The notes: generated from the sequence alone by a model not told the origin. A DNA stretch of 64,000 nucleotides from an uncultured Chloroflexia bacterium (GCA_963726245.1 CAVSBT010000044.1:1-64000); one strand, 5' to 3'. Shown: positions 44,478 to 56,143, counted from the first letter of the stretch. A program made the numbers and translations.

Positions 44478-45666
44478 CTAGACCACGCTTTCGCTTCTTC
44501 AGCCGCCCAATCTCCTCTTCGCTGAGACCAACCTCGCGGAGCCACTTGTCGGTGTGCTCCCCCAAGCGAGGCGGCGGCTTCTCGAGGGTTGGCGGCGTCG
44601 CCGATAGGTGGAACGGCGGCGCCACCACGTCGATATCCCCGGTGACTGGGTGATGCATGCGACGTCGCAGCCCCAGGTGCTGGACCTGCCGGTCGGCGAA
44701 GACGGCGGCTAGGTCGCGCACCTCGGCGCACGGCACGCTCTTCTCATCGAGGCGGCACACCGCCTCCACGGTTGTGAGCAGAGCAAAGCGCTTGTCGGCC
44801 AGCTCCTGAAGCTCCTCGCGGTGGGCCACGCGAGAGGCGTTGTCGACGAAGCGCGGATCCTCCAGCAGACCGCCCAGGTCCATGGCCAGGCAGAAACGCT
44901 CCCACTGAGGCTGATTCATGATGGAGACCGTAACCCAGCCGTCGGCGGTACGATAGGAGCCGTAGGGAACGACGGACGGATGGGCGTTGCCCAGACGGGC
45001 CGGGTTCTGGCCGGTGACAAAGAAGCGACCGGCCTGGTAGGTGAGGAGGGCCACCGAACTCTCGATGAGAGAGGTATCCACCATCTGCCCTTCCCCCGTC
45101 CGCTCGCGATGGAGGAGGGCAACCACGATGAGGTAGGCGGCGAACATGCCGGCCGAGATGTCCGACACGGCAGCGCCGGAGCGCATGGGGGCGCCGTCCG
45201 GCTCGCCGGTGAGGAACATGATGCCGGAATGAGCCTGGGCCATCAGGTCGAGCGACGGCTTGTCGCGGTCCGGTCCCGACTGGCCGAAGCCGGAGATGGC
45301 GCAGTAGATGACGCGGGGGTTAACCTTCCGCACCTCTTCGTAGGAGAGGCCCAGGCCTTCCATGCGTGCGGGCAGCGAGTTGTGCAGGAACACGTCCGAC
45401 CGCTCGATGAGGCGTCGCAGGACGTCCCGCGCCCTCTCGTCTTTGAGGTTGAGGGTGATGCTCTCTTTGTTGCGGTTCAGGCTGAGGAAGTAGGAGCTTT
45501 GGCCATCCACGAACGGAGGGCCGTAGGCGCGGGAGTCGTCGCCGGTGCCGGGCGTCTCCACCTTGATGACCTCGGCGCCCAGGTCGCCGAGCATCTGGGC
45601 ACAGAAGGGAGCGGCCAGCACCCGCCCCAGCTCGAGCACCCGTATTCCTTCGAGCGCCTGCCTCAT
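44478..45666 (-). CDS. CaiB/BaiF family III CoA-transferase
   Basis: [33 protein letters not shown]; apparent fusion to mcm disappears if one extra A near 44490 is removed. Confidence 0.9.
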
Positions 45667-45742
45667 GGCTTCGCCCCCAGGCCTGTCTCAACGCCCACCG
45701 AGCCCCACAGGGTGAGCCCTCAGAGAAGGATCACCTCTGGCG

Positions 45743-46027
45743 TCAGTACTCCTTGGTCTCCACCGCCTCGACGATCCGGGCTCGCGGGCTCTCAATGATC
45801 TGCCCTGCGACGCGACCCCACAGCTCGCGCAGCGCTGCGCTAAGGGCCTCCGCCTCGCTCAGATTATCGAACTCAAGGTCGATCATGACGTAGTTCGGGT
45901 TGTCGGCTGCTCGCATGACCCGGTAACGGCGCACGCCCGACCGCTCCCGGCCGGCAGGATCGCTGTCGAAGGCCCGCTTCCAGGCGTCGAAGTCGGGAAC
46001 CGGGTGTTCGATCCGTAGGATGTGCAT
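45743..46027 (-). CDS. small dimeric alpha/beta-barrel-like hypothetical protein
   Basis: EHPVPDFDAWKRAFD..DNPNYVMIDLEF; GAGGAG RBS. Confidence 0.7.
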   Translation of the reverse strand: MHILRIEHPVPDFDAWKRAFDSDPAGRERSGVRRYRVMRAADNPNYVMIDLEFDNLSEAEALSAALRELWGRVAGQIIESPRARIVEAVETKEY

Positions 46028-46281
46028 CTCGGCTCCTCACTTGAGGGGAACTTCAGTCTCGTCGAAGGCTGAGTCGGCACGGTCTGTTAGCATGTCAACG
46101 GATGCCGAACGGATTAGCGGATACGTCCCGATTGCCCATCCGTTTATCCGTTCCCCATCCGCTGTGAGTCTTTCCTCCGTTCGTGGCGACCTGAAGGTCG
46201 CCGCTACGACGGTCCCACCCCTCCGTCATTCGCAGGTTCGGCGCGGGCGCGGCCGCCCGGGCCTTCAGCCCTGGGACCGCC

Positions 46282-47337
46282 CTAGTGCGACCCGTTGCTA
46301 TCGGGGACCAGCACTACCTTGCCCAGGATCTCGCTGTTCTCCATGATGAGCTGAGCCTGGCCGGTCTCACGGAGGGGGAACACCTCCGACACCACGGGCT
46401 TGATGTCACCCGTCTCCACGAATCGCATGGCCTGGATGAGCTCCGCCTTGCTGCCCAAGGTCGAACCCATGATCGTGAGCTGGCGGAAGAAGATGTGTCG
46501 CAGGTCGGTGAGCCCCTCGAAGCCGGAGGTGGCGCCGCTGGTAACGATAATACCGCCCCGACGCGCCGCTTGGACGCTGACGGGCCAGGTGGCTTCGCCG
46601 GGGTGCTCGAAGACGATGTCTGCGCCTTTGCGCGCCGTGATGCTCTTCACCTCTTCGAGGACATCCTGTTTCTTGCGGTTGATGAGGAACTCCGCGCCCA
46701 GCTTCCGGCAGGCCTCCAGCTTGTCGTCACTGGAGGCGACGGCGATCGGCCGGGCCTTGAAGAGCCGCGCGATCTGAATAGCCATGATGCCCAGGCCGCC
46801 GGCCGCGCCCCAGATGAGCACGAAGTCGCCCGGCTTCACCTGGGCGCGCGTCACCAGCTTGCGCCAGGCGGTGACCAGCACCAGCGGCAGCGAGGACGCC
46901 TCCTCCCAACTGAGGTTCTTGGGCTTGGGGATGACGTTGTAGGCCGGGACGCGGATCAACTCAGAGTGCGCGCCGTCGAGAGGCCCCGTCTGGAAGCCCC
47001 AGATGCGGAACTCCCGGCAGAACACGTCCTGCCCCGCGGCGCAGGCTTCGCACTGACGGCAGGAGAGGCCGCAGTGCACGACGACCTCATCGCCGGTCCG
47101 CACGTTGTGGACCTCGCTGCCCACCTGAACGACCTCGCCCGCGGCATCGCTTCCCGAGATGTGGGGAAAGGCGACAGCCAGGCCGGGCATGCCGCGCCGG
47201 GCCCAGATATCGTTGTAGTTGCAGGCCGTAGCCTTCAGCCGAACCAGCACATCGTTGGGCGCGACTTCGGGTTCGGGTATCTCCCGGTAGTGGAGGACTT
47301 CGATGCCCCCATGTTCGTCAAAGACTACGGCTTTCAT
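46282..47337 (-). CDS. zinc-binding medium-chain dehydrogenase/reductase
   Basis: PHISGSD, CRQCEAC..C, GAAGGLG. Confidence 0.9.
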   Translation of the reverse strand: MKAVVFDEHGGIEVLHYREIPEPEVAPNDVLVRLKATACNYNDIWARRGMPGLAVAFPHISGSDAAGEVVQVGSEVHNVRTGDEVVVHCGLSCRQCEACAAGQDVFCREFRIWGFQTGPLDGAHSELIRVPAYNVIPKPKNLSWEEASSLPLVLVTAWRKLVTRAQVKPGDFVLIWGAAGGLGIMAIQIARLFKARPIAVASSDDKLEACRKLGAEFLINRKKQDVLEEVKSITARKGADIVFEHPGEATWPVSVQAARRGGIIVTSGATSGFEGLTDLRHIFFRQLTIMGSTLGSKAELIQAMRFVETGDIKPVVSEVFPLRETGQAQLIMENSEILGKVVLVPDSNGSH

Positions 47338-47547
47338 GACCCCTCCCTCGCATCATCCCCTCTGTCGCGACCGCCCGCGGAGGCGCGCCCGCAACAGAGG
47401 GGAAGATAGCCAGAAAACCGGCCTCCGCCGGGAATGATGCCCCGCCGGAGGCTGACCTAAGCCACTGTTAATATTATGTTACAACGAAAACGATGGAGCG
47501 GTCTAGATGCCAGGAGAGAACGTGGCCCCTAATATAAGGCATTTGCC

Positions 47548-50200
47548 TCAGCCGCGCCGCCAGCGCCCCAGTGCCTGGCTCAGGGCGGCGTAGGGGCCTC
47601 CCAGCGCCTGTTCCCAGTCTCCCGGCACCAAGATTGTGGTAGGGGACTCCCGATGGAACTTCATCCGGTAGTAGAGGATGCCGAGAAGGTAGAGCTGGAC
47701 TCCGCCTACATTGAGGTTGGTGTCGCCGGAGTAGAGAATCGCCTGCGCCCGGCGTACTACCTCGTCGGGAACGGGCGCCGGCGCATAGGAGTCGCCCAGC
47801 ATCATGGCGGCGCGTGGATCGTCGAGCTGGGCGCCCAGGAGCCACTCGTGGCGGGCGCGCTCCAGGTCGCCGGCCTGGAGGTACCACTGGCCGAGAGCGC
47901 GGCGCACGGCGCCGTCGTCCGGGTGCCGGGCTACGGCATCCTCCAGGATCGCGAGAGCCTCCTGCGACTGACCGGTCGCCATCAGGATCGTCGCCAGGTC
48001 CACGCGGCCGGCCACGTCCCCGGGCCGGCCCAGGATGAACAGCCGGCAGTCCTGGGCGGCCTTCCCCAGGTCTAGGCTGGAGGCCGCAGGCACCAGAAGC
48101 TGCTGGCCCACGAGGCACGGATTCAACGCCACGATTGAGCTGCCCACTATCTCCTCGAAGTTCTGGCGCCGGAAGTCGGTGCCTGACCAGAAGGGCGAGA
48201 AGGCCATGCTCGCGTCGAGGCCGATGGCGGTGGCATAGGCCTCCCGCGCCTCTTGGGCCGTACCGGCCTGCTCCACCACGCTCGCCGCGGCGATCGTCAC
48301 CACCCCGTCATGGCCCGCCCGGCGGATGGCCTCCAGCGCCGAGTCGCGCGCCTCCGGGAGGCGACCGGCAAGAAGATAGGCCCGCGCCAGATTCGCGTGA
48401 CCGATGGCGCCGCGCGGTTCCAGGTCCACGGCACGCTCCAGATGAGCGATCCCCTGGTCGAGGAGCGGTCGCGGCGCTCCGCCCATGTAGGCCATGGTCT
48501 CGCTCAGGCCCAACTCCAACTGGTAGACGGCAAGGTCAGGGTCGCCGTCCACCGCTCGCTGGAAATCAGGGACGGCCTGCAACCAGCGGCCGGCATCGGC
48601 GTCCGCGAGGCCCTGAGAGTAGTGGCGATGGGGTCCGTCCAGCTTACCCCAGAAGAAGAGGACCGCCACCAGGGCCACCAGCACTGTGACGGACGGCAGC
48701 AGAAGAAGGCGCCGGCGCCACAGTCCGGCCCACCGCGCTCCGGGCGAGTCATCACCTGCGTCTGGGCTGGAGGGCGGCTCCGGGACAGCCCTCGCCATCA
48801 GAGCCAGCACCACGGCCAGCGGGATAAGGGCCGTCTTCGAGGCGTTCGGCGCGTCGGCCAGGCTGTGCACCAGGAAGCCGGCGACGGCTGCCCCGCAGGT
48901 CAGTAGCAGCAGGCGCGCCTCGGGCGTGGCCCGCCGGTACCCTCGCCACAGCGCACCTGCGGCAGCCGCCACCACGACCACCATCACACCGACGCCGGCT
49001 GCGCCCAGGTCATCAGCAGCCTGTAGGAAGCCGTTGTGGGCGTGTACAGCCTGAATTGGGTAGGCGCCGCTGTACTGCGTGTACATCAGGCCGTAGGTGC
49101 CGGGGCCCGTGCCCAGGAGCGGCCGGTCGCGGAACATCTCCCCGCCGGCGGCCATGGCATCGAGTCGCGGCGAGAGCGAGCCGCGAAAGAGCCACTCCGG
49201 CCGGGATTCCCACCTTGTGGCCACTATCAGCGCCGCGCCCAGCACGCCCGCCAGGACCACGAGCGACGCCGCGTAGAGCGCCAGGCGGACACCGCTCCGC
49301 GCCACATGCAGACGCGGCATCCGCAACAGGTCCGGGCGGGACACCGCGACCCACCCCACCACGGCCAGGGTGGCGGCAACTGCCGCCCCGATCCAGCCCG
49401 CCCGTGACAGGGTGAAGAAGAGGGCGCCGGCCATGAGCACCAGCGCACCGGCCGACGCAACCCGCAGCAGTACCCTCCGGCCTTCCAGGAGCCCGACGAC
49501 GCAGAAAGGTACTGCCGGGACAAGGCTCATCGCGAGCATGTTCGGGGTGATCGCCGACGTCGTGAACCCTGGGCACGGTGGGCGGTAACAGGTCGCCAAG
49601 ACCCCAGGAAGGGTCAACCGCCCGCGAGAGCCGCAGCCAGCCCAGGTAGTCACGCCCCACTTCGAAGAGGGCGTAGGCGGCCGCCGCCGACATCACCAGC
49701 AGCAAGGCCCGCCGCACCTGCCGGACGTCCAGCAGGCTGTCGTCGGCGGCCACGTAGAAGACGAGGACTACCGTTATCATCTGGAGGGTCGACTCCAGGC
49801 TCACCCGCCAGTTGACGGAGGCAGCCGTGGCGGCCCCGTAGGCGAGCAGAAGGGCAAACACGGGCCAGTCCAGGAAGGTCCGCCCCGGAAGCCGGCGGCG
49901 GAATGAGAGGTGGAGCAGGTAGCCAATGATAACCGCCGCGGTGACGGCCTGAAGGGCCACCGTCGGGCGGAACACGCGGACGCTGAGATAGGGCTCGCCG
50001 CTGATGACGTAGTAGCCCAGCCAGGCGGCGAAGCCAAGCATGAGCCCGCTTCGGATAATGAACGTGCGGCGGCTGGGCGCGACCTCCGCTGAGACCGAGA
50101 CACTCACAGCCATCTGGCTCTCGGCACTTTCAGAAGCAGGGACGCAGTGGTCTTCTCGCAAGGGCAACGGGCTCAGCGGTCCCGCCAAGCCAGTGGCCAT
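47548..50200 (-). CDS. O-antigen-ligase-family membrane protein with TPR C-terminus (frameshift near 49545)
   Basis: TLSRAGW, PLLGTGPG, HAHN, TPR helices. Confidence 0.8.
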
Positions 50201-50333
50201 TCTAGCACAGGCGGGCCGTAGCGCCCGCCCTTCCCCATCGCCGGCGGTGTGGTGTTGTTTTTCGGTGGGGTGCCGAAAATCACAGTAGAAGGTACTGGCG
50301 CGCCAGCACTTGTACTTCCTCAACTGCCCGGCC

Positions 50334-51089
50334 ATGGAATTGCGCATGCGTGAGACACCGCCCGAACGAGCGGCTCCCGCCGCAGAGCCCAGCCTTGACA
50401 CCGAGGGGCTGGCGGCTGCCCTTGCCGCCTGGCGCCGCTCGCTGGAGTCGGTGCGGAAGAGCATTGACGAAGCGACAGCATCGGTCGGCCTCTTGAACGC
50501 CACCCTGCGAGAGATGGCGCCCATCTGGCGCAGCGTGGGGCAGTTGCAGAAGGCGCTCACCGAGATAGACTGGGCGGAGGCCATAGACGAGGTCACGGCC
50601 ACAGCCGAGGAGACGCTGGCGAAGGCGGCCGCCCTCCGGCTCGAGACAGCCGGGGCGCACGGTGAGGAGACCGCCCCGGAGCCGGGAGAGCCGGACATGG
50701 AGGCAACGCTGGAAACCGCTCGGGCTTTCAGTGCCCGCAGCCGGCCTCCGGCCATTCTGGAGGTTCCCGTCACCAACGGCGGCGCCCCTTACTCCTATAC
50801 CTTGACCGTTGAGGAGATGGGATCGAGGGTAAAGCTGGTTCCCCTCCACCAATCGCTCAGCCGGATGGCGGGGGTTCGCGAGCTATCGCTGAAGAGCTAC
50901 ACCAATGGCGTCGCAGTGGTCACCATAGACTCGGAGACCGCGCTGGAGGTCCCTGCCCTGGAAGAGGCCTTCTCGAAGGAGATGCAAAGGGCTTGCCGAG
51001 TCATAGCCGGTGAGGGCCCTTCATTCCTCGTACGGATGGGTGGCGACGCCGCATCCGTTGGACAGGACAAACATGGTAGTGCCAAGTAG
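50334..51089 (+). CDS. coiled-coil hypothetical protein
   Basis: Long ORF with host-like codon use, upstream of the GGDEF gene. Confidence 0.65.
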   Translation: MELRMRETPPERAAPAAEPSLDTEGLAAALAAWRRSLESVRKSIDEATASVGLLNATLREMAPIWRSVGQLQKALTEIDWAEAIDEVTATAEETLAKAAALRLETAGAHGEETAPEPGEPDMEATLETARAFSARSRPPAILEVPVTNGGAPYSYTLTVEEMGSRVKLVPLHQSLSRMAGVRELSLKSYTNGVAVVTIDSETALEVPALEEAFSKEMQRACRVIAGEGPSFLVRMGGDAASVGQDKHGSAK

Positions 51090-51103
51090 GAGAAGTTCTC
51101 GCC

Positions 51104-52327
51104 ATGGGCATGGCGGAGTGGTGGTCCAAGAACACGCCTCGTCGCGAGGCGGGCGGCGGTCGCAATGCCGGCGACGGCCGCGATGGCGACACACAAGCAG
51201 CGCGAGGTGCCAACGTGTCTGAAGAAGAGACGGACGCCAGCCTCCTTCCTAGCGACCACCAGCGCCGGCTGAACGTGCTGGCCCTCCTTCTCCACAGCGC
51301 CGGCAGCGTGGAGGAGGTGCTGTGCACCCTGGCCGAGAAGGGTCCCCACGTGACGGGCGCCTCCGTCGTCTGCCCTTTGCTCCTCGACAGGAGGCGTGAC
51401 GTCCTTCACGCGAAGCGGCTTCAGGGGAATTGCATCCCTTCGCTGGATACGCTCAGCGCCGCCCTGGAGATGGAGGTCACTGAGCTGGAGTTCCCGCTGC
51501 CGGTGCAGAGCCTTCGGCGACGAACCCTGGAAAGCGGCGAGATGGAGACGGCCGGCAGTCTCTGTGACCTGTTCGAGGACGTAGTGGGCAAGCCGGCCTG
51601 CGAGGCCGCTCAGCGGGCTCTCGAACCCAAGTGCGTGGTGCTGGCGCCCATGGTGATGGACGGTGATCCCATGGGCCTGCTCGTCTTCCTTTTCGACGAG
51701 GAGGAGTTGGACCGAGAGCTCCTGGAGCTGCTGACCGGCCATGTCACCCTGGCCCTCAAGAACCTCACAGAGCTGGAGGAGATGGGCCGGTTTGGCGAGA
51801 TGGACCAGGTGACCTGGCTCTACAACCATCGCTACTTCATGGAGGCGGTGGAGCGCGAGATGCTGAGGTCCAAGCGTTATCGCCGCCCACTCTCCCTCAT
51901 CTTCCTGGAAATCGACCGCTTCTCAGACTTCAAGGAAAGCTATGGCCCCTCTCTGGGCGACCGGCTTCTGCAATCCGTGGGCATGCTCCTGGCGGAATCG
52001 GCGACAGAACCGGAGGTGGTGGCCCACTTCGATGACAGCGACTTCGCCCTGCTACTGCCGGAAGTGAATCGCGCCTCCGCCGTCTCCATCACGACCAGCC
52101 TCATGGCCCGACTGGCCCAGGTCGCCGTTTTCGGCGGCTCCGGGACGGCGGAACGCGTCACTGCCAGCGTGGCTATCGTCTGCTACCCGGAGGACGGCAC
52201 GACTGCGCACGACCTCGTCGCCGCCGCCGCCAACGGCCTGGAGGAGGCAAGGAGGGAGAAGGGGGCGGAAACCCCCAACCCAGAGTCCGCCGAACCAGCC
52301 TCGAAGGCCGTAAAACGGGCCAGCTAG
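51104..52327 (+). CDS. GAF-like + degenerate GGDEF protein
   Basis: DQVTWLYNHRYF, EIDRF, GDRLL; active-site motif reads HFDDSDF. Confidence 0.8.
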   Translation: MGMAEWWSKNTPRREAGGGRNAGDGRDGDTQAARGANVSEEETDASLLPSDHQRRLNVLALLLHSAGSVEEVLCTLAEKGPHVTGASVVCPLLLDRRRDVLHAKRLQGNCIPSLDTLSAALEMEVTELEFPLPVQSLRRRTLESGEMETAGSLCDLFEDVVGKPACEAAQRALEPKCVVLAPMVMDGDPMGLLVFLFDEEELDRELLELLTGHVTLALKNLTELEEMGRFGEMDQVTWLYNHRYFMEAVEREMLRSKRYRRPLSLIFLEIDRFSDFKESYGPSLGDRLLQSVGMLLAESATEPEVVAHFDDSDFALLLPEVNRASAVSITTSLMARLAQVAVFGGSGTAERVTASVAIVCYPEDGTTAHDLVAAAANGLEEARREKGAETPNPESAEPASKAVKRAS

Positions 52328-52460
52328 CCCGATCCCGCCTCTGCACCGCCGCTGATTGACACCGCCCCCGATCCATGCTAATCGTGAGTCGCTTTGGATA
52401 GCGTCCGGATCATAGGCGCTGGCCAGCGGCCCGGCTCATAACAGGCATCGGGAGGTTTCA

Positions 52461-53285
52461 GTGATGGACCTGGGACTTAGTGACAAAGTGGCCATCGTCA
52501 CGGGGGCTGGTCGCGGCATCGGCCGTGCAATCGTCCTCACCCTGGCGGAGGAAGGGGCGAGAGTGGCCGTGAACGACGTCTTCCAGGAGCGGGCCCAGGC
52601 CGTGGCCGCCGAGGTGAAGGCGAAGGGGGGACAGGCCATCGCCGCCGTCGCCGACGTGACCGACAGGGCGCAGGTAGAGGAGATGGTTTCCCGGGTCGTG
52701 AAGGAATGGGGGACCGTCCACATCCTGGTGAACAACGCCGGCATCCCGGCCACAAGCGCCGAGGAGATGCAAGGCGGTTTCGGCGGGCCCTTCTTCAGCC
52801 AGCAGGACCAGGCGGACTGGGGCCGCGTGATGGACGTCGTCACCTACGGCGTGCTCAACTGCTCGCGGGCCGTGCTGGACCACATGTCGAACCAGGGCTG
52901 GGGGCGCATCGTCAACACCATCTCGGACGCCGGGCGGATCGGAGAGGCCCGGTTGGCCACCTACTCCATGGCCAAGGCCGGCGTCACCGGCTTCACCAAG
53001 GCACTGGCGAAGGAGATGGGACGCTACCGCATCACAGTCAACTGCGTCTCGCCCAGCACAACGGAGACAGAGACCACCGCCTCCCTCTTCGAGGCGGCGC
53101 GTCAGAGCGAGGAGGGCGCGGCCCGCCTGGAGGCAATCGGACGCCAGTACCCCCTCTACAAGGGATTGGGGCGCCTGGGCCAGCCCCAGGACATCGCCAA
53201 CGCCGTCGCCTTCCTGGCCTCGGACCGCGCCGAATCGATCACCGGCCAGGTTCTGAGCGTCAACGGCGGCTACGCCATGGTCTAG
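52461..53285 (+). CDS. short-chain dehydrogenase/reductase
   Basis: TGAGRGIG, NNAG, YSMAK. Confidence 0.93.
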   Translation: MMDLGLSDKVAIVTGAGRGIGRAIVLTLAEEGARVAVNDVFQERAQAVAAEVKAKGGQAIAAVADVTDRAQVEEMVSRVVKEWGTVHILVNNAGIPATSAEEMQGGFGGPFFSQQDQADWGRVMDVVTYGVLNCSRAVLDHMSNQGWGRIVNTISDAGRIGEARLATYSMAKAGVTGFTKALAKEMGRYRITVNCVSPSTTETETTASLFEAARQSEEGAARLEAIGRQYPLYKGLGRLGQPQDIANAVAFLASDRAESITGQVLSVNGGYAMV

Positions 53286-53337
53286 AGCCGCGGGCCTCCG
53301 ATGCGACGACGTGTCCGTCCTTCCGAAGGCCATGCGC

Positions 53338-53394
53338 GTAGCGGAGGGCTTCAGCCCTCCATGGCCTCTGTGGAAGGCTAAAGCCTTCCGCTAC
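53338..53394. repeat. GTAG REP doublet (REPIN)
   Basis: GTAGCGGAGGGCTTCAGCCCTCC...GGAAGGCTAAAGCCTTCCGCTAC between convergent genes. Confidence 0.8.
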
Positions 53395-53415
53395 AGGGGC
53401 AAGCTCCTAACGCCT

Positions 53416-53877
53416 CTAACTGATCGGCGGCAGGGCCGTCCAGTCGTAGCCGATGGCGGGATCGTCGTGGGGGATGCGGATCTCCTCACCCTCGGGGTCG
53501 TAGATGCGCGAGGTGAAGTAGATGAGGTGGGTGGGCCCGCTCAGGGCCTTGCAGCCGTGGGCGACGCCGGGGGGAATCTTGAGAAGCTGCGACTCATAGT
53601 GGTCGCCCAGGAAGAGCTCCTGGAGCTGGCCCCGCGTCGGCGAGCCCTCCCGCAGATCGTAGAGCGCCACCTTCAGGTTGCCGGCCGGCACGTACCACCA
53701 GTCGATCTGGGTGCGGTGCACGTGCCAGGCCTTGGCAACGCCGGGGTACATCATCGAGTGGCTGGCCTGAGCCCAGCCCTCGCGGATGATCTCCTCCGTG
53801 TTGCGGACGATCTCCCGGAAGAAGCCCCGCTCGTCGGGATAGGTGACCAGCCGCTTCAGCTCGACGCCCTCGATCAT
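53416..53877 (-). CDS. rfbC: dTDP-4-dehydrorhamnose 3,5-epimerase family
   Basis: DERGFFRE, KAWHVH, DLREGSPT, IPPGVAHG. Confidence 0.85.
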   Translation of the reverse strand: MIEGVELKRLVTYPDERGFFREIVRNTEEIIREGWAQASHSMMYPGVAKAWHVHRTQIDWWYVPAGNLKVALYDLREGSPTRGQLQELFLGDHYESQLLKIPPGVAHGCKALSGPTHLIYFTSRIYDPEGEEIRIPHDDPAIGYDWTALPPIS

Positions 53878-53939
53878 GGTTCGACCTCGGGTGAAGCATA
53901 TAGCGGCTCCCCCGTCGACGCAACGCCTGGTGCGTGCTT

Positions 53940-54902
53940 GCGCTACGACGATCCGCCCGTACCGCTGTGACCTGGAGCTTGTTCCCCCACCGTCCGATAG
54001 CAGAGTTAAACAGCCAGACCATCCACCGGTAGATGTGATGGACTCCCGGCCGCGACAGAAGTCGCATCACGCGCCCCGGTTCGTGTTTGTAGTACATGAG
54101 ATAGCGGCGCGCATAGACCCGGAACCCCGCCGACTGGAGTTCCCTTCGCACGTCCTCCGCATTTAGCCGCGCCACACGATTGCCCGCGCCCTCGTGGTTC
54201 AAGGAGATGCCCAGACGCACCGCCACCTGCGTCCCCAGCGCCTCGGCAGGCTCGTTTACACTGACCGCACGGCTGGCCACGCGGGCCAGCTCGCGCACGC
54301 CCAGCATTGGCTCGGCCAGGTGGTGGAGGCCATCGTGGACGTAGCCAACGTCCACGGAGCCAGTTCGAACCGGCAGATGTTCCACGTCGCCGACGACCAC
54401 AAGGTAGTCCAAGTCAAAACGCTCGGCGCGCTGTCGTGCCCGGCGCGCGCACCCCTCCGAGATGTCCAGCGCAATGACCTTGGCGCCCTCGCGCGCCAGA
54501 AACTCTGCATCCATCCCACTGCCGCAGCAGGCATCAACGACCGTTGCCCCTCTTACAGGCGATAACAGTGCAACGCTGCGCCGGAACTTTTCGGCCATCA
54601 GCCACTGGTAAGCCAACGGGGCGCCGTCGGGGCGCGACGATCTCGAACTCCACTGCCACCTCGCGGTCGAAGTAGTTTGCCTGCTGCCGCTTGTGCTGAC
54701 AGAGGTGATCCACCTCGTCATGGATGTGCGACGTATCAAGGCCGGATGGGAGCAGGATGGGGATTCCGCCGCGCACTGGGTAGGTCGCTCGGCAGCGGCT
54801 GCATTCAAGCATGCCGTCAGCAAGCCCTCCCTCCAGTCCCAGTAGGTCACTGTCGCGGCAGACCGGACAGGTCAGTAGAGTCAGGAGGTCAGAGGCGTTC
54901 AT
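53940..54902 (-). CDS. Trm112-like domain + SAM methyltransferase (frameshift near 54640; end approximate)
   Basis: CPVC..C..C..YPVRGGIP; VDACCGSG, GDVEHLP, LHH. Confidence 0.75.
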
Positions 54903-54904
54903 GC

Positions 54905-56143
54905 CTAGTTCCGCAACGAACTCAATGCAGGTCCGGGCAGCGACGCCGGCCCCTGCTCGTGCAGGAGCCCTGGACGTCCCTTCCGACGCAGCGCGTGGTC
55001 ATAAGCTTGAAGGTGGACCTGCGCACACCGTTCCACCGAAAACCGCTCCACGGCGCGCTGCCGGCCGGCAGAGCCCATGCTCTCGCGCAGGACGGCATCT
55101 CGCAACAGACGAAGCGCGGCCTTCGCGATGGCCTGCGGGTCCAACGGCGACACGATGTATCCCGTGACGCCGTCTTCGATCACCTCCGCCACCGCGCCCA
55201 CGTCCGTCGCGACGACCGGCAGACCCATCATCATCGCCTCCTGTACCACGGTCGGAGCACCCTCTGAACGGGGCACGGACGTGAGGACGAAGACGTCCAT
55301 GGCGGCCAGCGCCGGCCGCACGTCGGCCCGTGGCCCCGCGAAAACCACGTCGCGACCGACGACAAGCCCCAGCTCGGTCGACAGCCGGTGCAGGCCACAT
55401 TCATACCCGCCGTGGGTGTAGTAGGACGCGCCCACAATCAGAAGCTTCACGTTTGCCTGCCTGGCCCGCGCGATAGCGGCAGCACGGATCAGGTACTCGT
55501 GGCCCTTCTGCGGGTTCAGATTCCCTACGGTCCCCATCACAAGGTCCTCTGGCACGAAACCAAATTCCGTAAGCGCGGCTCCCTGGTCCACATTCTCTAC
55601 AGCGAAGGCTTCCGGATCGACGGGTGGGAAGAAGACATGAAGCCGATCTCCCAGCGCCTCCGCCCCCGGGTGGACACTCGCCACCGCCCGCCCCGTGCTC
55701 ATGACCACGTCCCCGAGCCTGGTCACGAGAGGCATCACCGCTCGGCGAAGGAGCATGGGGGGACGCGTATCGAGAAGCTGCCAGATGACGGGGACATTCT
55801 CCAGCCGCGCCGCGATGGCGCCGTGCGGGTTGACGAGGCCGTTTATCTGCACAACGTCGATGCTGCGCTCGCGGACTGCGCTGCGGATGGCCCGCACCTC
55901 CGGCCAGAAGCGGGCAGCGAATCGGAGTTGCGTGAGCGGATGCGGCGTAGCGCGCAGGCGGTGCAGCGGCATCGTGATCACGTCCACGCCAGCAGCCCGC
56001 AGGCGTTCCGCGGCGTCGCCGGGCTCATCGGACAAGAGGACAGAGCTTTCCACACCCGCCCGCCGGAGCGGCGCCGTCAGCCGGAGTGCCTGGTTATGCG
56101 GCCCGCCGAAGACGGGGTAGTGAATGACTGAGAGGAGGTTCAT
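54905..56143 (-). CDS. GT4 glycosyltransferase
   Basis: GNLNPQKG, EGAPTVVQEAM. Confidence 0.9.
   Translation of the reverse strand: MNLLSVIHYPVFGGPHNQALRLTAPLRRAGVESSVLLSDEPGDAAERLRAAGVDVITMPLHRLRATPHPLTQLRFAARFWPEVRAIRSAVRERSIDVVQINGLVNPHGAIAARLENVPVIWQLLDTRPPMLLRRAVMPLVTRLGDVVMSTGRAVASVHPGAEALGDRLHVFFPPVDPEAFAVENVDQGAALTEFGFVPEDLVMGTVGNLNPQKGHEYLIRAAAIARARQANVKLLIVGASYYTHGGYECGLHRLSTELGLVVGRDVVFAGPRADVRPALAAMDVFVLTSVPRSEGAPTVVQEAMMMGLPVVATDVGAVAEVIEDGVTGYIVSPLDPQAIAKAALRLLRDAVLRESMGSAGRQRAVERFSVERCAQVHLQAYDHALRRKGRPGLLHEQGPASLPGPALSSLRN

Noticed and set aside
43351-45666. Apparent CoA-transferase/mutase fusion (771 aa)
   Set aside because: Removing one A near 44490 gives a normal stop, and the mutase has its own GGAG RBS and GTG start.
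47457-47484. dif-like site (TTATGTTACAA)
   Set aside because: Only the XerD-like half matches; more likely AT-rich promoter sequence.
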